A stretch of DNA of 64,000 bases from Octopus vulgaris (lineage: Eukaryota): NCBI GenBank assembly GCA_951406725.2, contig OX597833.1:47306001-47370000 (forward strand), in the 5' to 3' direction. The notes under the pieces are model-generated. The model worked only from the letters and a program-made list of their open reading frames with translations, had not been told where the DNA came from and did no database searches. The position numbers and the translations under genes are program-made. Of this stretch, positions 26,546 to 40,600 are shown one piece after another. Each line of letters starts with the position of its first letter. Within the stretch, counting starts at the first letter, position 1.

Positions 26546-26831
26546 CTGGGGTTCTCAACCATTTACCTATGGACCCTTTTGATTGCTATTTTATTCTTGT
26601 AGAACCCCCCCATAGCCATTATCTTTAAAAATTAGTTTGATAGAAACTTCTTTCAGAATTCCTATTTTTCATGCATTAAGTGTAGGTTGAATTATGTATG
26701 TTAGAGAAAGAAACCTAGCTGTTTCTTGCAATACATACATTTAAAGAAAAAAATTTTTAGGGGCCCTTAAAATACTATTGTGAATCCCTTATTTACTATT
26801 TTGCTGTGTGGACCCCAGTTGAGAACCACTG
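26546..26831. mobile_element. hAT-type MITE
   Basis: TIRs CTGGGGTTCTCAAC / GTTGAGAACCACTG with an 8-bp TSD TGTTGACT / TGTTAACT. Confidence 0.8.
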
Positions 26832-29800
26832 TGTTAACTGGTTAAAACTAATAAAAAGTTTTCATAAAGTATATACCAGCGGTTTCCAGTCTTTTTGGCT
26901 TAGTTGCCTCTTGGAAATCAAATATAAAATTACTGATGCCTTTTGCATAAGATAAAAATATAGAAAATTACAGGTTCCTTTACTTTATTATTCATGCTTG
27001 TAATAGAATTTTTAAAAACTCTTTAGGCATTTAAACCAGCCAAAATATTCCTCATGTTTTATGTTCAAATAGGCCAGATCTAGCCTCTTGCACCAACCTT
27101 AGAATATCATTCTAAAAAGTTATCTCATCAAAATCTCAAAACTACAAGATTAATTAAAAGCAATGAGAATAAATAAGCCTTACATTTAACAGAATGTGAA
27201 TGCTAAAGGGTTAAACATGTTTTTGTTTTTGGTCAAGTTGCTCATGCATTATCTTTTACTTGTTTCAGTCGTTGGACTGTGGCCATGCTGGAGCACTGCC
27301 TTGAATGGTTTTAGTTGAGACAAATTGACCCTAATAGTTATTAGTTATTTTATCAGTCTCTTTTATTGAACTGCTAACTTTATAGGGACTTAAACAAACC
27401 ATCACTGGATGCCAAATAGTGGAAGGGACATACACACATACATATTCTTTTCTTTTATTTGTTTCAGCCATTTGACTGCGGCCATGCTGGAGCAATTCCT
27501 TGAGTTTTTTTTTAGGCCTAGTATTTATTCTATCAGCCTCTTTACCGAATCACTAAGTTGTAGGGATGTAAACACACTAACACCTGTTGACAAGCAGTAA
27601 CAGTGGAGGGACAACAAAGTCACACATATACATATATATATATGGCAAATTTCTTTGTTTCCGTCTACCAAAGACACTTGCCCAAGGTGTCATGCAGTGG
27701 GACTGAACCCAGAACTATGTGGTTGGGAAGTAAGCTTCTTACCACACAGCCACATATATATATATAATGTCAGAGTTCTATACACTTTCTATCTACCAAA
27801 TTTACTCACAAGGTATGGATGGGTCAGCCCAAAACTATAGTAGAAGACACTTGCTCAAAGTGTCATGCAGTGGAACTGAACCCAAAACGACTTGGTTAAA
27901 AAGTGAGCTTTGCTTTAAAATATATATATATTTTTTTAATCTGTAGTACATCTAAATGCCCCTTGTGACCCACATTTTGAAACCATGGGTGTAAACTACA
28001 ACTCTCTTCATCATCATCATCATCATCGTTTAACATCCGTTTTCCATGCCAGCATGTGTTGGACGGTTCAACTGGGGTCTGGGAAGTCAGAAGGCTGCGC
28101 CAGACCCAGTCTGATCTGGCAGTGTTTCTACAGCTGGATGCCCTTCCTAACGCCAACCACACCGTGAGTGTAATGGGTGCTTTTTACGTGCCACCTGCAC
28201 AGGTGCCAGGGGAGTCTGGCAAACGACCACGATCGGATGGTGCTTTTTACGTGCCACTATGAAAATTAATTACAATGTTATCGACTGGTTAGTGTTATCA
28301 AAATTAATGAGTTCCAAACTTTATTTGCTTAATGCTATCAGCCAGTCCATCATTTTAATGTCCACTTTTCCATGCTTGCATGGGTCAGACAGAATTCGTT
28401 TAGGTAGATTTTCTACGACTGGATGCCTTTCCTGTTGCCAACTTTCAATTGCTTCCAAGCAAGGCAATATTTTCCTATTGCTTGACATTTTTTTTTTAAT
28501 ATTTTCTCGGTCAACTGGAAACGAACAGCCTTGCTTGTATAACAGTGATGCTCATTTACAAGCATCACGTGATGTCTAGATAAGGGTACACACACACACC
28601 TTTCAGTTTCTATCTACCAAATATATAAGACTTTGGTTGGCTTGTGCTATACTAGAAGAGACTTACCGAAGGTGCCATGCGCTGAGACTGAACTCAAGAC
28701 CACATGGCTGGGAGGCAAGCTTCCCAACTACACAGCCACGCCTGCATCTATTATCACAAAAACCTTCATTGCAATGTGATTACAATATGCTACTTCTGAT
28801 GCACTTCTTTCTGAAACAATAATAGCTAGCACATCATCAACCAGCTGTCTTATAAAAGCTACCATTTAAGATTTATTAGGGGAAAATAGCTTCCTTTGAA
28901 ATAATAACTGGCATTATTTCTCTGCTTTTTTTTTTTTTTTTTTTTTTTTCATAATTTGGTTTCCTTTTTTTTTTTTTTTCCTGTGCGTTCATTACTGTGA
29001 TTTTGCTGCTGTTTATTTTTCGTTTATTTATTTATTTTTCTCGTAATCCAAACTGCCAAGCTTTTGTTTCTGAAAAAAAAAAAAAAGACAAAAAAAAAAA
29101 CCAAACTTACTCCCATTTCAATTATCTATTTACAATAATAATATTCATACATATATAAATAGAAAAACGATTTTCAAATTAAAAAAAAAAATTGTTTGAT
29201 TCTTTGCTTTTGTTTTATTTTTATTTATTTATTTTTCATTTTGTTTTCCATCACCAAACACTCAAACACTTGGCCCCTGTGACACCAACACAAAGCTATT
29301 TTCAGTGGTGCAACTTAAATAACTGTAGAACTTAATATAAGAAAAATATTGGACCCCGCCAAAAAATATTATGAAACCCATCCAATCAAATTATCCAGAA
29401 TATAAGTATTTCCTGTGTTGCTCTAGGGTACTTATTTAGAGTGCTTCCCCAGCCATCTTATTCAATGCAGTTTAGAGGGAGAAGTATCTCTCTTTTTTTT
29501 TTTCACCACCTTTTATTTTGATGCTTTCCTTCTCACCATTGTGTTACTATTCACTCTGCTGTTTCGTGAGAAATTTATTTTCTCAAAGCTGTTTGTCTAT
29601 ATTTTTTTGTGCTTTTTTAGTAGTTCCTTTTTGTTTTCTATGTCAGGTTGTTTTTTTGATGTACTCTGTTAAAGTTTTATTTATATAAGTGTGTGTGTGT
29701 GTGTGTGTAGAACCTTGCTCCCCAAGGAAAGGATCATGATTTTAACAGAATTAAATCCCAAAATTATTTTATTATTTTAGAGTAAGGTTTTATACTCATA

Positions 29801-30384
29801 TTTATGTATGTTAATAAGTCATTCTTTCACTGTATGGTGTTATGTAATATTTGTATATTGTTATATGTTGTGAACTTTTCTCAGTATTTGGTAAAACAAA
29901 AACGAAACACTTTGAAATGATTCATTCGTGTTTATTTTTGTCCTCTGTTAACATTTTTTTTTTCATCAAATATCATTATACACCCATATCTATATATATA
30001 TAATGAAATTAATTTTGAGAAAATGCTTAGGTTCTAATAGTCATAATGTGTGAGAACTGGTTTGATCTTGGATTTAACTATCGGAAGTTACTGAAAGATC
30101 TGTCGGCATTACACTTTATGTAGTCATAGAAAAGCAACCATGACTCATAAGAATTATTCGGAACTGGAAAGCCATCATAAGTGTCAGTTAAATTGCACTT
30201 AGATTATATTCTTGTGTCACTAGTGCCATAGCAGAATGAGCCTTGATCAAACAGACATGGCCAATGAAATTCCTGCTGTTATTATTTCATTTCTTTAAGA
30301 CTATCTAAAATGACTTTTTTTTTTCTTCTTTAAGACTGCAGATGTGAATGTTGGGTCATCACCGAGCGCATGATTGCAAATACA

Positions 30385-30620
30385 AGTGGCCAAAATAGGG
30401 TTCCTCCAAAGGACCTCTGGAGAAACCTTACTCAACAGGGTATATAGCTTGAAGATTAGGGAGTCCCTCCAGATCAAGTTGCTACTTTGCATTGAAGTGT
30501 CACAGCTCCAGTACTATGGACATGTGTTTTAGAATGTCATAGGAAAGAATCACAAGACATTCCTTAAGCTGAGCTGACCAGCAGAAAACCTAGGGGCAGA
30601 CCAAGAATGAGATGGTTGGA
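30385..30620 (+). mobile_element. Highly decayed RTE LINE fragment
   Basis: LQYYGHVFRM and RGRPRMRWLD-like remnants. Confidence 0.5.
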
Positions 30621-32753
30621 CAATATCTATGGCTTCAGTTGGTCACAGTTGGGAATCCAGCCAGAAAGTCTAATGATGGTTGCTTCTGGTATGACCCTTG
30701 GGAAGAGGTGCTTGAGTATAAGACTCTTTCAGGAACCACGAGCAGAGATGGATGGATGGAGACAGCAGGTTGTTATCTGAGGGAGAGTTTGTTTGCTATG
30801 TTTAGCAGGTTGAGTGACCATGTTTTCTGTGATGTCTTAGATATATTGCTGAGATCAGTGGCAGTGATTGGTCAACTGTGTGAAAGTGAAACTACATAGG
30901 CTAGGAGTATAAAAGCTGTATTCCATGGTTTATGGACTTGATGAGGCTTCAATGAAGGCATCATTGTCATGTTGAGATTGAAGTGAAGAATACATAGGAA
31001 TGTAATGAGTTTTCTTTACTTGCCCTAAGACTATTAGTTAATTTGAAGTTCACTCATGCAAGTTTACTGAGACGCTCAAGTGAGATGTTGCAGGAAAAAC
31101 CTTGCAAGTTGGAAGCATCTCTGACTTGCATATCATTCATCAGAACCAAGTATAAGAACAAAAGACTAATTACAATCATCTTATTGCCAATTCCATTCAA
31201 AATCCCCTTCTCCTCTCTGTCTACACCACTGAACTGCATCTATCAACAATAACTATTTAGAGATAACTGGAGTGACTAGCCCATTAAGAGTTGAGTATCT
31301 TAGTGTTGTAGCTGAAGTAGGTTGACTTTAGTATTGTTACTGTTTAGTCCCAGGTCTAAGTGGGGGTATGTAGAGTACATTATCTAAAATACCCTTCCTT
31401 TATTTAACAAGGTAGTGTGATTGAGGGAAACTTAGATGCTGTTTCTAGCAGGTGAAGAGATCAGATATAGGTCTTCCTATATTAGATCCTTGACCCCAAT
31501 GTTTTGTTGGTTTATTTTAGGGATCTATCTTGAGTCCAAGGATACATAAGGTGGGGGGGGGGAGGTTAATCTGGTTTCCATGGTGTACAAGTGACAGATA
31601 GATTGTAACACTCCCCTCTAGATGGGATGCTAGTCCATCACAAGATTAACTTCCCAGCCATTGCTGGGACTGGAGCAATGTGAAATGAAATGTTCTGCTC
31701 AAGAACACAACATACTGGCTAGTCCAGGAATCGAAACCACAACCTTATGCTTGTTAGTGCAACACCCTAAACTCTAGGCCACACACTCCCACAATGGTTT
31801 ATTTTACTTCTTAATATGTTCAACAACACCTTGTTATGTTATATAAGAATCCTAGTTCCTTCTGTTGGCTTTGTCCTATGTAGACCTTCGGCATCACAGA
31901 CGTAAGCCAACTGAATGTTTAAGAAGCAGCTCATGTGTTCACCTTCCAAAATATATATTGCTACACTCTGTAAAAATATCTGTATCAGTTTAAGTTGACG
32001 TTTGTACAATCAATTAAAGTACGGCTCCCCTAACAAGCCTTTACACTGGGAACACTATCCTAAAGTTTTGGATATATATATATATAATTTGGTTTCCATT
32101 TTAAAAACTAGTGAGAATTTGTAAATGTAGAATTTTATTACTGTATTGAATATCTCATACAAATGGTACATAAGCTTCTCCATCAGCTTTTTGTTTTTCT
32201 CTGTCTTAACTCTAGCATTTACACCAGTGATATCCAACCCAAATATTCTACTTGTTTTTGTTGTTTTTTTATGTTCAAACCGACCAGATCCAGCCTCTCA
32301 CACCCGCCCTATAATGTCATTCTAGAAATAAACAATCACGTCACTGAAATTTAGAAGCTATGAAGTAATGCACAATTAATTCAAAACAATGTGAATAAAT
32401 AAGCATATTTAACAAAGTAATCTGAATGCTAAAGGGTTATGCTGTTAGATGTGGTATTGCTGAATGATTAAAAAGTTCGTTTCACAACCTCAAGGTTCCA
32501 AGTTCAATCCCACTGCATGGTATTTTTGGGAAATATCATTTTCTACAACTTTGGGTCATTCCATACCTTGTGAATGAAATTGGGTAGATAGAAAGTGTGT
32601 AGTGTTTGTCAGGTGGATTTGAACCTGTAATTCAAAAATTACATCCTTGTCGCACACATACAAGCACATTGCAACATGCTGATCATCCTGGTTCTACCTT
32701 AGAATTACAATTAAGGTTGCCTCTGTGTCTGTAGAATGATCAGTCAATTGATA

Positions 32754-32981
32754 TTAACCCTTTTGTTACCAACCCGGCTGAAACTGGCTGTGGTTCTGTA
32801 GCACAAATATCTGTTTTCAAAAGTTCTGAATTAAAATCTTCCACCAAACCTTAGTCACAATTTATGTCCCTAACACTAGCTTAATGATAACTAAGTTATT
32901 TTACTAAATTCTTTGTTATATCAAAAATAATAGAAAGAAAAATAGAGCATCTTAAAATAGATACAGTAATGAAAGGGTTAA
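32754..32981. mobile_element. Second TTAA-flanked MITE family; copies at 39427-39639 and 41631-41859
   Basis: TTAACCCTTT(T/C)GTTAC...GTAA(T/C)GAAAGGGTTAA termini; three similar copies. Confidence 0.88.
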
Positions 32982-34829
32982 TTCAGAAGCAGGTTATTTG
33001 GTTGATCAAAAAGCCCAACCAATACTACATGTTCCACTATATTATTGTTGTTTAAATTATTTGAATATGAATGTAGGTATTTTAATTTGATGTCAAAGCT
33101 ATTTACTCAGCCATGAAGGGTACATTTATATTTCTGTACTACCACTGTATTCCAATTTTATTTAACAAGGATGTATGCATGGCTGTACAGTTAAGAAGTT
33201 TGCTTTGCAACCATGTGGTTCTGAGTTCAATCTTATTGCGCAGCACCTTGGGCAGGCGAGCAGTGTCCTCTACTATTGTTTTGGCTTAATAAGTACTTTA
33301 TGCATGAAAATAGGTAGATTGAAACTGTTTTAACTTTTCAGCATTCAAACTGGCCATATCCGGCCAAAATATTTAACCTGTTTTATATTGAAACTGACCA
33401 GAGCTTGCCTCTCACCTCAGCCCTACCGTGTCATTCTAAAACTAAAAAATCACATCACTGAAATCTCTAAACTACAAGATAATGCATGATTAATTCAAAA
33501 CAATATAAATAAACAAATATCACATTTTACAGAATAATCTGAACACTAAAGGGTTAAAGCCTATCAAATATGTATCTGTATTTAATCTATCCCTTTCTCT
33601 CTATATATGCATGTGTATGTACATACATACACATCTGTCTATCTATATATATCATCATCATCGTTTAACGTCCGCTTTCCATGCTAGCATGGGTTGGACG
33701 GTTCAACTGGGGGTCTGGGAAGCCCGAAGGCTGCATCAGGCCAGTCAGATCTGGCAGTGTTTCTACAGCTGGATGCCCTTCCTAATGCCAACCACTCCGT
33801 GAGTGTAGTGGGTGCTTTTTACATGCCACCGACAGAGATGCCGGTGGATATATATATATAGAACAAATAGTGAGGGATTATCAATCCAGGCAAAATACTC
33901 CACACCAGGCTAACAATATTACAAACTATAACTAATAGTGACAAACTATAAGTAATCCTTTGGTAGGGTCCCAAGTTGAGGCTCATCACAATTCTACATT
34001 GTAGATCCATGGATGGGCTTCAGATAAACTAGTTTTTACAGAGTGATATTTAAGAAGCAAGTTTAAAATAATGGTCATTACATATTATTCATTTATTAGA
34101 TTAAACTTGGCTTGCGGCTGTTTCCAGTAGCTATTATAGGTACATTATTAATAGGTTTACTCAGTTGGGGTAAATTGGACAATCTAAGAAAATTAATACT
34201 ACTTTCATTAGCTATTTCTGGAAGTAACAAGCAGAGCATATGAGGAATGGCTATTGTGTGGGGACGATGGGAGAAGATTAGGATGTTTGAGTGGAATAGA
34301 GAACAGGGAAGGCAGGTTACAAGGGGGTGGGAGTAAGTAAGGAAGTGGTACTTGGTAGTAATATAAGTACATATATATATATATATATATATACCTAAGC
34401 ACAACGCGGCTACAGTAGAAGGTAATGGCAAACTTCTGAGTCTTTTGCCACAACTTTTCCTCACTCTTTCCACCTGGATCTAGCAGCTCACATGCGACGG
34501 ACTAGCGTCCTGTCCAGGTAGGGAACTTATACGCCAAGGAAACTGGGACACCGGCCTTTATGAGCCAGGCATGGCTTGAGAAGGAACAAACAACATATAT
34601 GTATGTATGTATATATATATATATGTAATATGTATAGATGTATATATATATATGTATAGATGTGTATATATATATATATGTATGTATATGTATAGATGTA
34701 TATATATATATGTATAGATGTGTATATATATATATATGTATGTATATGTATAGATGTGTATATATATATAGATGTATGTATATATGTGTGTATATTTATA
34801 TAATATATGTGTATGTATATATGTATGTT

Positions 34830-35980
34830 CGTTTCGTTTAACATCCGCTTTTCATGCTAGCATGGGTTGGCCGATTTGACTGAGGGCAGGCGAACCAGAT
34901 GCCTGCGTCAGACTCCAATCTGATCTGGCAGTTTCTACAGCTGGATGCCCTTCCTAACGCCAACCACTCCGAGAGTGTAGTGGGTGCTTTTAACGTGCCA
35001 CCAGCACAAAGGCCAGTCCAGCAGCACTGGCAACAGCCACGCTTGAATGTTTTGTTCATGTGCCAGTGAGGCAACGCTGACAACGATCACGCTCAAATGG
35101 TTCTCTTTACGTGCCAGACAGCTGCTCTGGCAGTGATCCCGCTTGGATGGAGCTGTCAGCGCTCCACTGGCATGGGTGCCAGTCATCGAATTTGGTTTAA
35201 TTTTGATTTCACTTGCCCCAACAGGTCTTCACAAGCAGAGTTTAGTGTCCAGTGAAGGGAGGTTGGTATGAGTAATAGTCAACGAATTTGGTTCGATTTC
35301 ACTTGCCTCAACAGGTCTTCGCAAGCAGAGTCTTGCGTCCAAAGAAGGAAAGGTATGCATAAGTGGGCTGGCTACATCCCAGGTAGAGGCCACGGGTTAT
35401 GGCCTCACTTGTCCTGCCGGGTCTTCTCATGTACAGTATATTTCCAAAGGTCTCGGTCACTAGTCATTACCTCGGTGAGGCCTAATGTGCGAAGATCATG
35501 CTTCAATACCTCGTCCCAGGTTTTCCTGTGTCTACCTCTTCCACAGGTTCCATCAACCGCTAGGTTGTGGCACTTTTTCACACAGCTATCGTCATCCATT
35601 CTCGTCACATGACATATCAGCGCAATCGTCTCTCTTGCACACCACAACTGATGCTTCTTAGGTCCAACTTTTCTCTCAAGGTACTTACATTCTGTCGAGT
35701 ATGTACACTGACATTACACATCCATCGGAGCATACTGGCTTCATTCCTTGCGAGCTTACGCATGTCCGCAGCAGTCACGGCCCAGGTTTCACTGCCATGT
35801 AACATGGCTGTTCGTACACATGCGTCATACAGTCTGCCTTTTACTCTGAGCGAGAGGCCCTTTGTCACCAGCAGAGGTAAGAACTCTCTGAACTTTGCCC
35901 AGGCTATTCTTATTCTAGTAGCTACACTTTCAGCACACCCGCCCCCACTAATGACTTGGTCACCTAGGTAACGGAAGCTG
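34830..35980 (-). mobile_element. 5'-truncated RTE-clade LINE (ORF C-terminus plus 3' UTR)
   Basis: FRYLGD...[47 protein letters not shown]; GRGRHRKTWDEVLKHDL. 3' UTR ends GCGGATGTTAAACGA. Confidence 0.92.
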
Positions 35981-35994
35981 TATATATATAAATA

Positions 35995-36025
<31 letters not shown>

Positions 36026-36216
36026 GTATGTATATATGAGTATGTATGTATATGTATATATAAATATGTATGTATATATATGTGTGTGTATGTATGTATA
36101 TATAAATATGTATGTATATATATATGTATATATATGTATGTATGTATATATATATGTATATACATACGTATGTATATATATATATGTATATATATATGTA
36201 TGTATGTATATATATG

Positions 36217-36248
<32 letters not shown>

Positions 36249-36298
36249 TGTATATATGTATGTTTATATATGTATGTATATATATATATGTATATATG

Positions 36299-36330
<32 letters not shown>

Positions 36331-36511
36331 TGTGTGTATATATATATGTGTGTGTATATATATGTAGGTATATGTGTATATATATGTGTGTGTGTATATG
36401 TATATATATATATGTGTATATGTATATATATATGTGTATATGTATGTTTATATACATGTATATGTATGTGTGTATATATATGCGTGTGTGTGTATGTATG
36501 TATACATACAC
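35981..36511. repeat. Compound TA/TG microsatellite
   Basis: Directly visible; abuts the 5' truncation point of the RTE. Confidence 0.97.
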
Positions 36512-36687
36512 AAAAAGGGTATTAGTATGCATGCATAGTCTACCAGTCTTTTTCCATTGGGAGCTTCTATCTCCCAATATTAGACTATATTCTAGAGTCA
36601 ATACATGCTTAAAGTTTATGATGATTATTTACAGAATTTTTGCTCATCACCATTTCTTAATTTCACACAGGAAAAAAATATATATAT

Positions 36688-36832
36688 AAATTTAAAGAAA
36701 ACAGAAAATGGAAACAACATTGATGAGCAACAATTGATTTGCATCAATTATTATTTATTAATTAATAATAATTTATGCAAATCAATTGTTGCTCATCTAC
36801 GTTATGTCCATTTTCTGTTTTCTTTAAAGTTT
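36688..36832. repeat. Fold-back palindrome, ~68-bp arms
   Basis: TTTAAAGAAAACAGAAAATGGA...GATGAGCAACAATTGATTTGCAT mirrored by ATGCAAATCAATTGTTGCTCATC...TCCATTTTCTGTTTTCTTTAAA. Confidence 0.9.
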
Positions 36833-37218
36833 GATTCTTGATAAACTCCTGTTTATCCTTGTCTTTACCTTTAACTTATGAGCATAACATTTTTGCCCAT
36901 GTTTAAATATAGGCAATATACCGGGTTTTTTTTTGGATACTTTTATCCCTTAGGTGGTTATTTTAACCTCTAACTCACATATTTCATTCTGTATTTTTGT
37001 CATGGTTTTGAGGATATTTAAATAACAGGAGCACCAAATATTAATGTTTAATTATAAAATATTGAGTGGCTGTGTGGTAAGTAGCTAGCTTACCAACTAC
37101 ATGGTTCTGGGTTCAGTCCCACTGTGTGGCAACTTAGGCAAGTGTCTTCTACTATAGCCTTGGGCCAAACAAAGCCTTGTGAGTGGATTTAGTAGATGGA
37201 AACTGAAAGAAGCTTGTC

Positions 37219-37261
<43 letters not shown>

Positions 37262-37453
37262 TATGTTTGCCCCCCATCGCTTGACAGCCAATGTTGGTGT
37301 GTTTACGTCCCCATAACTTAGCAGTTTGGCAAAAGAGACCGATAGAATAAGTACTAGGCTTACAAAAAATAAGTCCTGTGGTTGATTTGTTCGACTAAAG
37401 GTGGTGCTCCAGTATGGCTGCAGTTAAATGACTGAACCAAGAGAATATATATA

Positions 37454-37490
<37 letters not shown>

Positions 37491-37581
37491 GTGTTTGTGT
37501 ATATACATTGTGTGTGATAGAGTGTACTGGGTGCTTTTTATATGGCACCAGCACCAGTGAGACCATCAAGTAATTATGTAC

Positions 37582-37612
<31 letters not shown>

Positions 37613-40600
37613 GAGGTACAATGGCCCAGTGGCTAGGGCTGCGGACTCGCGGTTTCGATTCCCAGACCGGGCGTTGTGAGTGTTTATTGAGCGAAAGCGC
37701 CTAAAGCTCCATGCGGCTCTGGCAGGGTGTGGTGGCGATCCCTGCTGTACTCTTTCGCCACAACTTTCTCTCACTCTTTCTTCTGTTGGCCATCCCTATA
37801 TATATATATATATATATATATAAGGATGGGCATTGAAAAGAAACTGATAAACTGATGGATTAGAACAAAAATACTTTGTAGTTATATTCTGCCTAAGTTG
37901 CACGGACACTATCTTGTTCTTGCCATTGGAAATACAGTAAGCAAGTGACTGGCTTGTTTGAACCTATAGCTAACAATTCTATTGTTCACAAAAGGCATGA
38001 TATTAAGAACATAATATTGTTTATAATTAAAAACCATAGATTAGCAAAATCATTAGAATATCAAATAGAATGCTTTGAAGTATATAGTTGAGGCTCTTTT
38101 ATGATTTGAATTAAACTTACTTTCCAGGGTCAATATAATAAAGTACCAGTAAAGTACTTAAGCCCTATTGTTTTCTGTGGAGCATAGGCCATTGATGATT
38201 TTTCTCCACTGTTCTCAACTCCAGACTGTCTTTTTCTTGAGGGAAGGCTTTCCTCTTTGCAGTTTTGTTAATTTTGATTTGTCATCAAGTGCTTCTGTAA
38301 TTTTGCTTTTTTTTCTAAATAGGTTCCATGCATATCCATTTTTATTTCTTGGAAAAGGAGATTCATATTAGTCTGCCCTCTATTCTTTTGACCTATCCTT
38401 CATGGTGGTGATGGGGGTGGCTTTACTAGCAACTTGTGCTCTGCTAGCATTGCTCTCGAGGTCATTGAGGTACACAAGCCATCTCACCACAACAAGGACT
38501 GGACCTTGTTATGGATTAGTAAAGTACCAGGGTCAATTTAATCTACTATACTCTCTCTCAAAATGTGTTGCTTTGTGCCTGTGGCATTAGAAGTCAGTGT
38601 TATATCAAAATCTTAAACTGTTAGTTCACAATATGTATGAATAAAAATATAATGCCCCCCCCCCCCACTTTTTTTTAATCTATTTGAAATATTCTTTTGG
38701 CTAGGCACCAAAGTCTCCTATTTTAGTTGGGGGTTAATGAAAACTTGTGATGTTGATATTTTTTCCCAAGATTGTTAGTAGCCTTAACATACCACCCATT
38801 TTGACATCATACCACTCTAACACTGTTACACTGTTTCTACAGTGTTACGGTCAGTCTCTACATGGTTGTTCAGCCTATTAGAAATAGTAACCAAATCTTC
38901 CTCGAATCACCCCATACAATTTTTTGCTAAAATAGACACATTAAATATTGCCTAGTAGATAAAGCAACCAAATGTCTCTCAAATCACTTTTTTTTATGTT
39001 AATTTTCCTAAAAATGTAGCATTGAATAATATAATTCTAGGTTCACAATACCTGTAAAAAAATAGGATGGGTCTGTTCATTCAGAGTTCACCTGGAGCTA
39101 AGCAAGAGCAGCAATAATAACACTGACCACCTGGTACCTTAGAGCCCAGATCCACATCATGCTCCATTACCTCACCATATTTGTTTTACCTGCAGATATT
39201 CAGGCTGGTAACTCAACTTCATCAGTAGAAAGGCTTACAAAAGTTGTAGGTAATATCCTGCCTTCTCTGACTAACTTATAAAAGAAAATAAACATCATAA
39301 GCAAGATAATACTGTAACTGGAAAGATTATGTTCACAGACCAACTACTATGCTTGTCTTCCAATTAGCAATTTTGTCATGTTTTACATCTTCATTTTCTA
39401 ATAATAGTAAGTAGCAATAGTGCTTGTTAACCCTTTAGTTACTGCATTTATTTTGAGATACTCTGTGTTTCTTTCAATTACTTTCAATATAACAAAGAAT
39501 TTAGTAAAATAACTTAGTGTTAGGAACATAAATTATGACTAAGGTTTGGTGGAAGATTTTAATTCAAAACTTATGAAAATAAGACATTTGTACACAGAGC
39601 CAGAGACGGTTTCAGCCGGGTTGGTAACAAAAGGGTCAAGTAATTTAGTTATATCTAGTTATAAAGCAACACTTTTTGTAAATCTCATCTAGAAACAATC
39701 ATAAATGTAATAAAATATTTTTTCAGTCATACTATTGCACAAATAGTGGAAACAAATTTGCTAAGCATTTAATGCATTTAACTGTTTGTCAAATGTAATT
39801 CTTATTAGTTCACATTGTTTTGAATTAACCATTCATTATCCAAATACCTTTGAGATTTCAGTGATGTGACTTTATTTTTAGAATGATATTGCAGGGTAGT
39901 TTTGATAGGTTTGAAAGGCGGTGAGCTGGCAGAAATGTTAGCATGCCAGGCGAAATGCTTAGCGGCATTTCGTCTGCCGTTACGTTCTGAGTTCAAATTC
40001 CGCTGAGGTTGACTTTGCCTTTCATCCTTTCAGGGTCAATTAAATAAGTACAAATTACGCACTGGGGTCGATAAATCAACTTAATCCCTTTGTTTGTCCC
40101 CTCTATGTTTAGCCCCGTGTGGGTAATAAAGAAACAGGTATTTCGTCTGCCATTACATTCTGAGTTCAAATTCCGCCGAGGTCGACTTTGCCTTTCATCC
40201 TTTCGGGGTCGATGAAATAAGTACCAATTACACACTGGGGTCGATATAATCGACTTAATCCCTTTGTCTGTCCTTGTTTGCCCCCTCTGTGTTTAGCCCC
40301 TTGTGGGTAGTAAAGAAATAGGTATCTATGATTGCAGTATCTAATTTGTCTTTCCTATTTTTTGTTTTCTTAAGATGGCAGGGTGTGATTTGAGGAACAT
40401 TGTGCTGGTATTTTTAGCAGGTTGAAGAGCCATGTAGTTCTCATTGGCTCATCATATTATATCACGTGTGTGTGTGTGTTGTTTTAATTAATACTATCAA
40501 TAATTTTAAAGAAGTTTCTGTTGACTATACATACATACATATTTGATAAGCTTTTACACAGTTTATGGATCATATTCTATTTTTTGTATCTATGAAACTT

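Noticed and set aside
33975-34000. GTGATGAG on the minus strand, and similar near-cores at ~7495-7530 and ~8390
   Set aside because: No properly placed GAAA/stem III/stem I; too degenerate to call ribozymes.
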